64,000 nucleotides of DNA from Dimorphilus gyrociliatus (lineage: Eukaryota; Animalia; Annelida). The notes beneath the pieces were generated by a model. That model saw only the letters and a list, made by a program, of their open reading frames with translations, ran no database searches and was not told where the DNA came from. Where the stretch lies: NCBI GenBank assembly GCA_904063045.1, contig CAJFCJ010000020.1:488916-552915 (forward strand), given 5' to 3'. Positions 34,406 through 47,393 of the stretch are shown here, in pieces. How positions within the stretch are numbered: position 1 is the stretch's first letter; each line of letters begins with the position of its first letter. A program made the translations under genes and the position numbers.

Positions 34406-35902
34406 TCTTTCAACGGAAAGGATAAAGATTCCAATAAAAAATACTTCAATTATTGACATTTGTGTTCTCTTTTTCCATTTTTTATATTAAATATCTTGAC
34501 GATTATATTGTATTTCTTATTTCAAAGGGAAAAATTGCCTTGATTGTTATTTTAATAATTACAAGTCGATATTCAAATTTTATCATCAATTGTGTATTAT
34601 TAGTCTTACTTCGTTTCGTTTGTTTGATGGCAAAATAAAAGCTTGAAAGATTCTATTGTTTATTTTGTGAATAGTTTCCCGTTATTAACCGCAGAGTGTA
34701 AACTGAATGGATAGCGATCAATTTCAAACAAAATCATTACTTTTTTACCGATAACAAGTACAGTTTTCCTAGTATATACTTAGGACAAAGAAGAGATTAT
34801 AATGGACTTGTAAACTTCAATAGCTAATTAACCGGTCTATTAATAAATAATCTTTAATCAAGACCCCCTCCTTCTAATAATCTCTCAGGGTATTAAATGT
34901 ATTTTCATTTGTCTGATTGAATTATAAACTGCAGAGGGCGTCATTATCTGATATTTAACTTTTTCTCATGATGGATGAATGAAACACTTAAACGTTACTT
35001 AAGTAGCGAAAGAGAAATTGTTGATACGAATCAATGAATAAATTTCTTCTAGTTGATTAAACGTTAATCTGAAAACTGGTATTGTTCATCTGTCAACCAG
35101 TAGGCGTAATGGTTTAACAATGTCCCCGCTTTGAACTCTTAAAAGTCGCATCTGTCCAACAAATTTGAAAGACATTAATCTCTGATTTTTCAAAGATTCT
35201 TACATTCCAAAGCACTTTTTAATAATAGTTTTTAAAGTAAATAAATAATGAAAAAGTCATACTTTACTCGCATCCTGATCTTTAAAAAAAGTGGGAATGG
35301 GGGAGAGGATAAGGGATATAACAATAGAATCAAATTATATATTTAATCGCTTGCAAAGTCATCTTTTTTCGTTGCTAGGTAACTATACGACCAAAAATAA
35401 AATTATGTTTGCAATCATATTGTTTTTATGGTGGAAGAAAAAAAAACTGGAATAAAGTAGAAAGTAAAAGGCTCTTAACAAGATATAATAGCGTGGGAGT
35501 AATACTCATTGTCCTTGTTCAAGTATTTTTCTTCACCCCAACACGGATGGAAAGTTATTAATTTGAATAGAACGAAGTTTTCCTATAAACCGACTTAAGG
35601 TTAATTGAGTTCAGCATTTATTAATTATTAATTGTTTCCAAGTGAGTGATTTCAAAAAGACAACGTCTTCATCTTAAATTAACTTTGTTTCTCTAGAAAA
35701 AAAAGGCTCAGTCTTCGCCTTATTATTTTAATGCTAATAATCCATAGCTTTGTGATATACTGTAAGATCTTTCCGACATTTTTCTCGATTATCATCCTTG
35801 TTAATTACATAGAAAATTTTTTAACGCTAGGTGAGGTGCGTGAGCGTTTATCAAAACACACTCAGTTAGGTAACTATTTTCAATAGTGTATAATTTTTGA
35901 AA

Positions 35903-37002
35903 ATGTACAGACGCGACAATAATTCCAATTTGGTGGAGAAAGAAGATAATAGCGATGATATGCCTGTATACGGTTTACCCGGTTATAGATTCTACGTTTT
36001 TCATTACGTAGGACTAATTTGGTAGGTAAAAAGTCATGAAATGCTATATATAGATATAAGAGTAAAACTTTAAAATAGAAAAGAAAACAGCAAATATGAT
36101 TTTTATTTATAGAAACAATTTTTTTTACTCAATTGCAGTCTGGTTACGTCGCTTTTCTTTACAACTGCAATATTTGTGTTGATATTTAAGAATGTAAAAA
36201 CAATATTTAAAAGTCAAATTGGTGAAAGATTGATATTTTATATGGCAGTGTTTGATTTTGGATATTGTACAGTTCATCTGGCAGATCATATTTATATGTT
36301 GATAGTCAAAAATCATCCTCCGGATATGTTCTGCGCTGCTATTGGATTTTTGTTAAATGAATTTGTTGTAGGTCAGTGTCTAGTAGTTATATTCACAGCC
36401 GTAAATGCTTTTTATATGGTTGTCAAGGAGAAAAGAATTAAGCTTGGAAAATACGATTGGAGATTACATATCGTTGCATTCGGTTTACCGCTAATTATTT
36501 GTTGTGCTATAGCGAGCATTCGTCACTGGGGAAGAAGCGGAGCATGGTAAATGTCTTTAGTGCAAAAATTTTAATAATTAATAAAGATAATTGTTTTTAC
36601 TCCAGGTGTTTTTTAGATAATCGTCGACCTTACTCTAAAATTCTACAAACTGTTATTGCCGTCTTTTTCGTTCTAATTTTTGTTCTAATTTCAATATTGT
36701 ACAGCTTATCTTGGATAAAGATTAAAAAGATATCAAGGAATCTCAACAAAATATTAACAAGCTCTCAAGAAAAGTATCATAAGACGGCAAAGATTATGAT
36801 GCTTTTCGTTATTTCATTTATTGCACAATGGTGGTCGTTTATGATATACGCCGCTTATGGGATGTATAGAACTCAACCATTCCTTATAGTACTCTTGTCA
36901 GTGATTTTTTCCAATTTGGGAGGCATTTTTAATTTTATTACCAATGCTTTTGTAAAAAGAAACAATGTAAAAATTTCATCTAGTGTAAGTAAATCTAATT
37001 GA
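35903..37002 (+). CDS. 7TM GPCR, cAMP-receptor-like/GPR157-like class
   Basis: Exons 35903-36021, 36139-36546, 36606-37002. Seven hydrophobic segments. Motifs IGERLIFYMAVFD, WGRSGAWCF, FIAQWW and NLGGIFN. Family assignment from motif recall only. Confidence 0.75.
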
Positions 37003-37303
37003 AATTAAACATAAAGCATTTTCCGGGAACTTCTATTTTAAATGATAAAAGAAACGTTTACAATTTGAGAACGCGTCCCTTTTTTTTCTCCCTCCTCTTA
37101 TTCCTTCTCTTTATTCTTATTAATGATTATTGATGTTTAGCAATAGTTGTGTGTCAGAAAAGAGAAAAAGTCTTTCAAGTGGAATTTAATTGTCATTTAA
37201 ATATAAAAAGAAATACAACTACGTTGACTGAATGATTTATTTGTCATTTTTAATTAGTTTTATAATTAAATACAAATCTAACGGTTTGTTTTATCATTGT
37301 TTA

Positions 37304-37792
37304 TCATTCTGAATACTTTTCCAAAGCTTCTCTTCCTATTCTAAATAGGTGCCATTCTTCGAAATCGGTTAGGTCTATTCCACCAACTTTCTTGTACCAA
37401 TTTGTAGCATTCTTATTCCACTCTAAAGCGGCAAAGTGTATTCTGCAACAATCTTCAGAAACCGCGATACTTGCAACCTTCTTGAGTAATTTCTTACCAA
37501 CGCCCAAGTGCCTGTAATTGGGTACGACATATATATCTTCCATATAGAGCATTCTACCTTGAAAAGTTGAATAGGCCTTGAAGTATATCGAATAACCGGC
37601 GATTTCTTTTTTCTCATTCTCAGCAACAATAGCCGAAAAGAATTTATTTGGTCCGAAACAATCCCTATTCAGAATCTCAGGTGTAGTTGTAATGTCATCT
37701 TCCAATTTTTCAAATTCTTTCATTTCGTGAAACATTTTAATTAAATGCTTAAAATCATCGGGTTTAATATCTCTAATTGAAATTTTCGACAT
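37304..37792 (-). CDS. GNAT acetyltransferase, diamine/thialysine N-acetyltransferase (SSAT/SAT-like)
   Basis: Single exon, 162 aa. YSTFQGRMLYMEDIYVVPNYRHLGVGKKLL and LEWNKNATNWY match SSAT-family motifs. Confidence 0.9.
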   Translation of the reverse strand: MSKISIRDIKPDDFKHLIKMFHEMKEFEKLEDDITTTPEILNRDCFGPNKFFSAIVAENEKKEIAGYSIYFKAYSTFQGRMLYMEDIYVVPNYRHLGVGKKLLKKVASIAVSEDCCRIHFAALEWNKNATNWYKKVGGIDLTDFEEWHLFRIGREALEKYSE

Positions 37793-38652
37793 TCTTACTA
37801 TCTTTATTAAAATACGTTTAGGATTAGTGTAGTAATATTATGTAAAAATGGCCAATTTTCATTCGTTCTGCAATATTTCTACTTAATATTAAAGATAGCA
37901 AATGTATATACTCAAAGTAGGACAAAGTCCATTTAATATTTTCAACATTATATTGTACTTTGCGTTCTTGTCTAATGCTAAAATGTACTTGCTTATATAA
38001 TTTGACATCCATTGTTCACTTATATAATAATTCAAATGAAATGTCACACTAAGTCTTTCGCTAAAACACTTTTGCTACCTTTTACCAAAAAACCTTTTAA
38101 GATTTATATTTTTCCTTGTTTTTTTTATGAAAGAGATAACGAATAATAGATATCTCCTGATACACATTACCACCGACAATTTTAATACTAATACGCAATG
38201 GTTATTACAATCAATAAATTCATGCTATATCAATAAATTCATAGCTATATATGGGAAAATACAGCTGATTATTGAAGGTCGGTCTTTAGTAAATTAATAA
38301 TATATATAACAACTTATATTTCACGCTATTGCGTGCAGAAAAGTAAGTATTGGGAGGATTAATTGAGTATCACTAATTTATTATCTTTGTTTGATTCCAT
38401 TATTAAGTGCTTGGGCTATTAATGACAAAGAAATATACAGTATATACAATACATATATATATATACTGTATATATAAATTTATATATATATATATATATC
38501 AATATATGAGGTGAGAAACAGAACGAGACTAACAGGAAGAAAAAGGCAAAAAATAGAAATAGTGAAAAAGAAGCAAGGAAAATTCTATTCAATAAACTAT
38601 AAAAGAGAAAAGTATTATTTAAGAGAGAGAAGAAAATAAAGAAGAAAGTTAC

Positions 38653-38748
38653 AAGAAGAAGAAGAAGAAGAAGAAGAAGAAGAAGAAGAAGAAGAAGAAG
38701 AAGAAGAAGAAGAAGAAGAAGAAGAAGAAGAAGAAGAAGAAGAAGAAG
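38653..38748 (+). repeat. Perfect (GAA)n trinucleotide tract, about 32 units
   Basis: Directly visible. Confidence 0.97.
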
Positions 38749-39161
38749 CAGTAGTGTTCAGAAAGAAAAAAAAGAGCTTCTTAGAGGAGAAAAGAATTGA
38801 ACTGTTTTATTTTTATTTTCCATAGATTGCATAGATTGTAATGTATTTGCTAATATGGTAAAAAAAAATTGATCAGAAAAAGGTAAAAGTGTGTAAAAGA
38901 TACTTATGAATACTTTTAATAAGGAGAAACGTCAACATAGACTCTTTATAACTAAGAAGTAAGTAGAGGGTATAAAAGTATTAGCTATTAATAATCCCTG
39001 CGATGTCCATTAAAATGTTTTACATTAGAATGCAAGAGGATGAAATCTCAAAAGTCTCAATCTAAGTAAAAATACAAGTAATTTATTTATAATATTTAAG
39101 ATTTAAAGGATAAGAACAGCTCAAAAAGTATATATGATACGTGCTACATGCTTGCTGATAA

Positions 39162-39208
<47 letters not shown>

Positions 39209-41124
39209 CACATATACATACATACATACATACATGCGTACACGCGTAAATACATAGAATCTAACTTGGGTAAAAGTTTACCTGTTACAGTAAGAATCTA
39301 TTGTGCCAGTGCTTAATGTTTTTTGTATCACAGTAGTATTCTTGTTGGAATATATGTTATACAAATTGAGAATTTTTTCTTGAGTTTTCTTGATCGATAT
39401 ATACTTGCATTATTCTAATTTACTAATATATTAAATCCAACTTCTATTCCTCCTAAAAGCGTAATAATTTACTTATTTTTATTACAAAAACTAATTGTTA
39501 TTCATTAAACAGCGAATACATTGTCTTAATATGAATGGATTGCAGAACTAATCAGTGTTTTTCTGTAAATATATAAATAATAGAGTTAACAAAAAAAACA
39601 CACACACATATATATATATATATATTAGTATATACATGAAAGTATATATTATATATTGTATATACATACACACGCATGCACCGATTTTAAAGAGAAGATT
39701 ATCAGGTTGTAAAGTAAAATCCAAAGATTACCAAGGCAAGTGACTGAAGAATTATTATCCGTACAATAAAAAAAAAAGAAAAGAATTATGAAATATGCAT
39801 TATGCATTCTATATTAGTGTAATCTTTATGCTCAAACATATACTGATAAGTCTAAAAGCTGGCTTATGTATAAATTCTTTAAATGTACGTGAATACATTT
39901 ACTGTTTATTACATATTATAAATAATATATTGCTTTATTTATTCAGAATGATATCTGTTGTTTTAAGCTAATATATCTTTATATATATATATATATAAAG
40001 TAATTAAGTAATATTCTTATAGCTTATTGGTTCTTCTGCAAACAACTTTCCAGAAACTTATCCACCTCGAGATGTCGCCACTTTCTGATACAATTGGTCT
40101 ATCTGCTCGACAAGGTATTGAAGACAACAGAAGGTGGGGTGGGGTGAATAGGGGGAGGGAAGTAGGAGGGCAAAGGGGAGGTTTTGTTTACATAATAAAT
40201 AATAAAGTATGTATGCTTTGTCAGTATTATAAAATGACGTTTATCCAATTAGCAAACAGTTTTTACTCGAAAATTGGTCATGTTTTATTAGTAAATTTTA
40301 TTAAATGAGACGTAAATATTGAGAATTTAAGAAATAGCATGAAAGGTCAAAAGTACCAATCCAATAGAAGATCAACTTCCGGTTTTTTTTCTTTGCTCTA
40401 TAAATCTCAATAGAGCTTTTTTTTGAAAGGAAGGCGGGAAAGTAAAAAAAGTGACTTTTTGTTAGGAGAATTTCACTCAAAACAAAAAACGTGTATACGT
40501 TTTTTTAGACTTAGATCTATTTCTATTAAGGAGAATATATCTACATTATTGAATGATGTATATCACACATGTATTTACATTTAAGCATACTAATATACAC
40601 TGATTATATATATAGTACATCTACGTTATATGCTATAAATATATTTATATATATGTACAAGCCTTTGTAGCCAATAATTAATGACATGTGTGAAAAGAAG
40701 AAAGACCTAAAGTACAGAGCTCTGCACGTAACTACTATTGAACGGAAAAGTCTGATTTTTTTTATGCTCGAGTGGGAGGAAATTAGATGATGTAATCATA
40801 TTCAAGTTTTATAGTTATATTGGAAGGTGAATTACAAGAATTTACCTAATATATACAAGGGCTTTCATTTGCATAATATTGTATAATAGGATATTTAAAG
40901 GCCCAAAACAGAATTTATTATTTTATTGCTTTTAATCTTTATTTGTGTCTTTTCTCTAATAAAAGCTTTAATTGTCTCAGTTGAACCTATTCAAAGCACC
41001 TTTTAAGTGGATTTTAAAATAGAAAAAAGATAATTACCATATATAGATAGTTTTTTAAATATAGTAAAGAAAAACAACAACAAAAACAACAATAACAGCA
41101 ACAACAATAACAATAACAAATTGT

Positions 41125-42707
41125 TTACTGTCGCTTTTGAACATCGTTGTATAACGAGCGTCTAACGAATAGCCTAGATGCTCCTGGAGATGAAGACGGT
41201 CTTTCGTTTTCGTGTTTTAACATTGAAAAATGAGATTCACTATCAAATGATTTTAAAAGAAATTTTTCATTCTTAGATTTCAGATCGATTAGTTCCCGTT
41301 TAACTTGAACAAACTGCTTGAATTTCGTATCGTTCCTAAGCCTCCACTTGAGACGTTTGATTTCCTCTTCTAAAGCATTTACCTGCCCTTGAAGATTTTC
41401 AATTTGCTTATCGGAATTGGTAATCTTATCAGTTAGTTCTGTAATTATATTTTTAAATTCTTCCAACAAGTTCTCTTTTTCTTCAATATTTTTTGAATAT
41501 ATTTGAGTTTTTTCGCTGATTTCTTTTAATAAACTTTCAAGTTCCCGCTTTATTTCAAGTACTTCAGTATTTTTGTCTTTTAATTGCTTTTCGGCTTTTT
41601 TTGCCTTTTCTCGATTAACTAAGGCTTCCCTCTTTGAATTGCTTATCTCTTCATCTTTCGTTGATAGTGTCTCCCTAAGAACTTCCGCTTCTTTTCGTAA
41701 TTCCGTTAATTCGTCACCTTGCCTTATCATTATTTGACGGCATCTTTTGAAATCATTCTCAATTTCTGCTTTTTCATCTTCCAAACTTGTAATTTTTGCC
41801 TTTAATTCCTAAAGAAATATTGAATGTATTTTATTAGATTGTTTGAACAAGTTTCAAGCATAAAGTAGTAAAACTTTTTTTTATTGGTGTTACGTACTTC
41901 TTTTTCCTTTTCTATCTGCCTCATTTGATAGCTAAGCCTTTGGTGTTGAACGTTAATACCTCTCAATTTGTCAATTTCCGTTTCAAGCTGTGTGAATAAG
42001 TGGTATGAAGAAAAAAAAAGAAAAAAAAGAAGCCTAAGAAAGGATTAGGAGAGGAATTTTAGCACAAAGCTTTCAATAGGGGCTTTTCTTACCCTTGTCT
42101 TTTCATCTTGATGGTGTTTTTTCCACCTCTCTAGTTCTTTGAGATTAAATTCAAGCTGTTGACCAAAAAAAGAAACGAATCAATGAGACTTTAGCTAACA
42201 GAAAATGAAGAGGATATAGATAAATAAGAGATAATATATATCCCATACAATATCCTATTAAAGATAATTGTATTTATAGTTCTGACCTCCTTCTTCTCTT
42301 CCCTCCAGGCTCTGGATTTATCGTAAAAATCAGACATGTCTTTCTTTAATTTTGAAACTAGTTTCTGCAGTTTATTTCTTTCGTTTAGTAGATCTTTAAC
42401 GAATTCCATATCCTTAAGTCGATTTTGCTTGTCCTCGTCATGAGGATAAGGACATGGAATTGCTCCACAATGTAAACAGCATTCTCTATTTACTAAATGT
42501 GGGTAATATTTCCTGTAAATATTTACGTTCGCAGTTTATCTATGCCGTATTTGTAAGAATAATTTAGCAATACCTGTAAGCGTTTGTTAAATTGCCCGCC
42601 CATTCTAGTAATTCTTCTTTCTGTTTCCAGTGTAGTTCGTACCAATTATATTTACTTTCTGGATCGTTTTCCTTACTCTTCCCATCATCCTGTATTTTCT
42701 TTTCCAT
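41125..42707 (-). CDS. Uncharacterised multi-exon coiled-coil protein
   Basis: ORF pieces 42564-42839, 42191-42409 and 41125-41784 join through short GT-AG introns (e.g. 42573-42486). Heptad-rich sequence with an N-terminal CCLHC...CPYPH cluster. The 5' end is uncertain. Confidence 0.75.
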
Positions 42708-44979
42708 AACTTTTCTTTCTTCTTTTGTTAAACTACCAAGAAAACGTAGAAAACAAATAAAACTCTTGTTTCTACAATATCCTTGTCGACAGTAAACAAT
42801 TAAATAACTAGGTAGGAAACTGAACTTTATGTTATACAAAGTATTGTAAAAAGGTAATCCACTAGCAATGAACAGTAGAATCTAAATGAATCGAATTCGT
42901 CTTTGTTCGCAAATGTATAATTGATCGCCAAGCATTGACTATATTATGCAGTTTAATCAAAAGCCGATTTCTTAGAGTGAACAGCCTTATTCAATTTCAA
43001 AAAAAAAATTATTTAATATTTAAAAAATCTATTGGCTAACTGCTGTCTTTTATTTATAATATGTTTTATATATACATATTGTACATATAAAAATGTTTAT
43101 AGTACGAAAAGAATTGTCTACAATATTGAATTCTATAAAGAAATTATGTTAATTGCCTTATTTCTAACATAAATACAAATAAACATATATTTATATAAAT
43201 ATATACTCTTTATTTATATGTATATATACGATTTTATAATAAATAATTCATAGATTAATTGTTTTAGAATTATCTTTAAACCCTACTGCTAATTGATGTT
43301 TGTCTTGTATAGGATTAAAGCTTTTTATCAAATTTATTTAGAGTTTTCCGCCGTATTACTTTTCTGTTGAAAAGGTGGCGTAAATCACTACTTCTGACAA
43401 GTAATCCTACTTCTTCTCTGTTCTCGTTCTCTCCTTCAAATATAAAAAAAATATAGTATTGAATAGAATAGAAAAAAATGCCTATGAATATTTAATTACT
43501 TAGTAGCAAATAGGATAATAAGCTGGCACAAGTATGTTAATTTAAACAATAGGAATGAACAATGGTTACAGCCAATTAGCTTATTTGTAATTAAATAAAT
43601 CTAATCAATTTTTTAGTTTCTCTTTAACAACTCTTTTCTTTGCCAACACTCCTTTAAACTATTAATTATTCAATGAAATATAAAGCTTGTTAAACGCTTA
43701 GAGAGAAGCTACTATTAAACTTGGGCGTTACGTGGGCGATATTTAATACATATCTATATATTTATGTAAATTTGTTTTGTGTACAATGTATAGAGTTACG
43801 CTTTGAGTAAATTTAAATGGTTTCCCATTTAACTGATGTATATAAATATAGAGTATATTAGATTGTGATATTCAGTGTATAGGAGGAGATGAATAAGTGA
43901 CAAGATATACAGTTCATCTTAGTAAGCTTGCCTCAGTTATATATCTAATATAAATATATATACATTGTATTATACTGTATACAATATATATAAAATATCG
44001 TAGTCCTACTCGCTCCTATTCGATGAGCGTGTTTGAGTGGAAAAACAGAATTCTAGACTACCAACGCCAAAGTAAATAGTTTTCGTTTTAGAAGGTAATA
44101 ATTGACTTAGATTCCTAATTCTCCATCTTTTCTTCTGTTAACCTACAAACTATAATTAATTATTTGATACTTGCGAATTATACATTTTTTGTATAGCTCT
44201 AATAGTTAAGATGAAGTTTGATTAGCAATTTTTCCTAATTAATCATATTCAACTACGTTGGGAAGACAATAGCGTAATTAACTTTATTACTGTTCGTACT
44301 TTGCTTAATTAACTAATTAATTGATAATAATGTTACGATCTCCTATGATTATCTAATCTATCTAACTATTTAACCAATCTTTTATGAATTAGAATAATTT
44401 TGTCAAAATTACTATTATAGAAATTAGATCAACTATAGAAATATGTTATTCTTGTTTCATTATTTCTACATCTATAATTAACGATGAATTACTGATAGAA
44501 TTTGAATAGATTTTTCCTACCTAAGGGGCGTAGGGAGGGGGTACATCGTCAAAGAATGAATGGGAGGGAAAGGTAGGTGGGTGGGTGGATGGTAGTTTGT
44601 TTAAATTAGTAGCGGATAAATGATGAAAGGATGATAATGCTCGCTTTTGTTAAAAGGATTTTTTTTAATCATTTTTTTATCAATAAATCTTTTATTAAAA
44701 GGTCAAGATATATCGCTTAAAACTTTTAAATTTATCTTCATTTTAAGCGCTTCAGCAGATTTTCTACAACCGCAATCTTAGCAAATTGCATTAATAGGAA
44801 ACATCTGTATCTTATGTAAATATCGCGTTAGAAAACTGAACGTAGGACAGGCAACGCCATCTCTTTGCGACGGTTTGAACGTATTTTTTCAATCGATGAA
44901 GCGTCCGTAGATACATGATCGATTAGGCGTAAGCGTCCCTTTACTCTTGAACAGGCAAACTGTTTTTCTGACTAAAACA

Positions 44980-45774
44980 ATGCTCAATTCAGAAAAGCTC
45001 AAAGTAAAAGCTTTGTTGGGCTTATTGTTAGCTTCTGTTATTGGTTTAATTCAATATGATACTGGAGATGACTATTTAATAACAGAAAAGTCGGTAGCTT
45101 TGTCAGCAAATCGCATAAAAGTCTTTCAATATATGACAGATGCATCTAATTACGAAAGGGTGAGTGCCTTTTATAGATAAGTCGGCGTAAACTTTACCTT
45201 TCTCTCCTCATATTTATTCATATAAAATTGTCGTCAATAGTGGATGCCTGGAGTTGTAGAAAGCTCAATGGACGATGTGGGACCAGTTCAAGTAGGCAAA
45301 TATTTTAGAGAAATTCACGAACTACCATTCATAGGTTGAGAGTCGTTGCATGTATTTATAATTTATGTGCAGTATTGATGTTCTGTTGAACTAATAACTT
45401 CTTGTCTTTTTTAAGGACGAACTATTTACGAAAATCTAATTATAGCTTACGAATCTCCATCATACATCAGTTTCATATCGGATTCTTGGCTGAAACCGAG
45501 AATTGAAATGTCAGTTGCCAGAAGAGATAGTAGCCAGGCACCTTCATTGTTTACCTACAAATTACATTCTAGAAGAAGAAGCCTCCTTTTTCAAGTAAAT
45601 AATAAGTTACAGTTTATTTATTTGACAAGTTTATTTATATTAACAATACTTATTCTTATTTATTTCTTTCTTCTACACTTGCAGTATACAGCTGGACCAG
45701 TTTTATCAATGTATTATAGCAACAGAATTCGACACGCGATGTTTTTAATTCGAGCCGAATTCGATAGAATTTGA
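44980..45774 (+). CDS. SRPBCC/START-fold (polyketide cyclase-like) protein with N-terminal hydrophobic segment
   Basis: Exons 44980-45159, 45241-45334, 45416-45594 and 45685-45774 join in phase. VFQYMTDASNYERWMPGV resembles the SRPBCC N-terminal motif. Confidence 0.7.
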
Positions 45775-46007
45775 AATAGAATTATAAAGTAAAAATAGAA
45801 GAGGAAATGAACTAAATAAATTATTAACAAAACAAAATACAAAATACAATCAACAAAAGAAATACAAATATTATAATTTACAAAGTCTTTTATTTTGACA
45901 CGTGATAAGTATTACGTAACAATTCAGTTTTAAAGATATAAACATATATATATATATTATATAATATAAATATACTTGTTGACTTAGGGAGCTTTTTTTA
46001 TTGAAAT

Positions 46008-46223
46008 ATGAGTAGAACGTTTATTCAAGATCATTCGTCGTTAATCTTAGCTAAAACTAGAAAGAAAGAACTTCGAGATAAAGCTAAAGGTAAAGCTTAT
46101 CGCCATCTAAGTATCCTTGTTGGTGGTTTTATAATCTATCAATTCTACAATAAGGGTTTAAATCGTTTTCAACCGATATATTTATTAAATCAAACTTTAT
46201 CACTATTAAAGAATCTTGTATAA
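46008..46223 (+). CDS. Possible 71-aa small ORF with basic N-terminus and one hydrophobic segment
   Basis: ATG-initiated and visibly less AT-rich than its flanks. No homology recognised. Confidence 0.3.
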   Translation: MSRTFIQDHSSLILAKTRKKELRDKAKGKAYRHLSILVGGFIIYQFYNKGLNRFQPIYLLNQTLSLLKNLV

Positions 46224-47393
46224 GAGAATCATTAAATATGTTGAAATATACTAATATAAGAGAATGAAAAGATTAACTTTAATAAAAAAAAAAAAAGAAT
46301 CATTATCTAAAGAAGAAAATCGTCAATACAAATTTTTAAAAGAAGAATGAAAAAATGTTTTATATCCCTCAAGTATTTAATAAAAAAGTAAGATACTTAC
46401 TTCTGAATGGAATAAACAATATTATTACTCATGAATAAATTCTATTACTTTGTGAATTTGAACAAATAATACACCACAGTGACAAATAGAGAATAGAGCT
46501 TGTATATTCATTCACTTTATATATATATATATATATATATATAGATTTTCATAAATATAAATATTTTATTTACAAGATACGAGTAACTGTTTACTGATAT
46601 TAATACTCTAATAAATGTCTTCTTTTCCCATTACGAACTATATTCAATACTATTAATTAGACGTTTTTTTATTCACTTAAGTATTAAGTATAATCTTCAG
46701 AAAGTCTCATATCAAAATAGCTAAGCTCAAAAGGAAATACTTAGATTATTAAATAAATTTATGAATATTAGTTTTGTAAGTTAAAAAAATCTTTGCTTTT
46801 CTCTTGATGCATTATCCTTCCCTCCCTCCCCTCTCCTCGTACTTCCCCATTCCTCTCTTTCTCTCTTTCTATCTTTATCGCTTAATTAATCTAGTAATTA
46901 ATATTCTATACAATACGTACAACTATAAAAATTACCTTAATTTTTAACTAGTATACTAGTATTTGATTTTGCATATAGTTTATATTTAATTGATGAATCA
47001 TATGACTGTCAAAAGATTAATTGATTTTACATATTAGTATGCTATATATATTTACAGTAAATTTTTTTTTCATTAACTAGTTCAAATAAATCTAATTTCA
47101 ATATAAAATATATAAAGTGTCTAATTATCCACACAGACGTACTTGATATATGTGAACATAAATAGATAGTATTTTAGCAGAAAGTTCCGTGCCCTTTGAT
47201 TGAATAATGACAACAATAGAATTCGTTTCTATTATAAACGAGATCAGTGTTTTGGATTATACTATAAACTATAACTGACTTAGTTTTTCTACTGTTCTCA
47301 AACAGGACAATAGAAAATATATTTTTTCTCCCTTCTTCGCCTATTTTTTGCTCATTTTTTTGTTAGCCTTATAATAATTAAAAGAGCAAGAAG

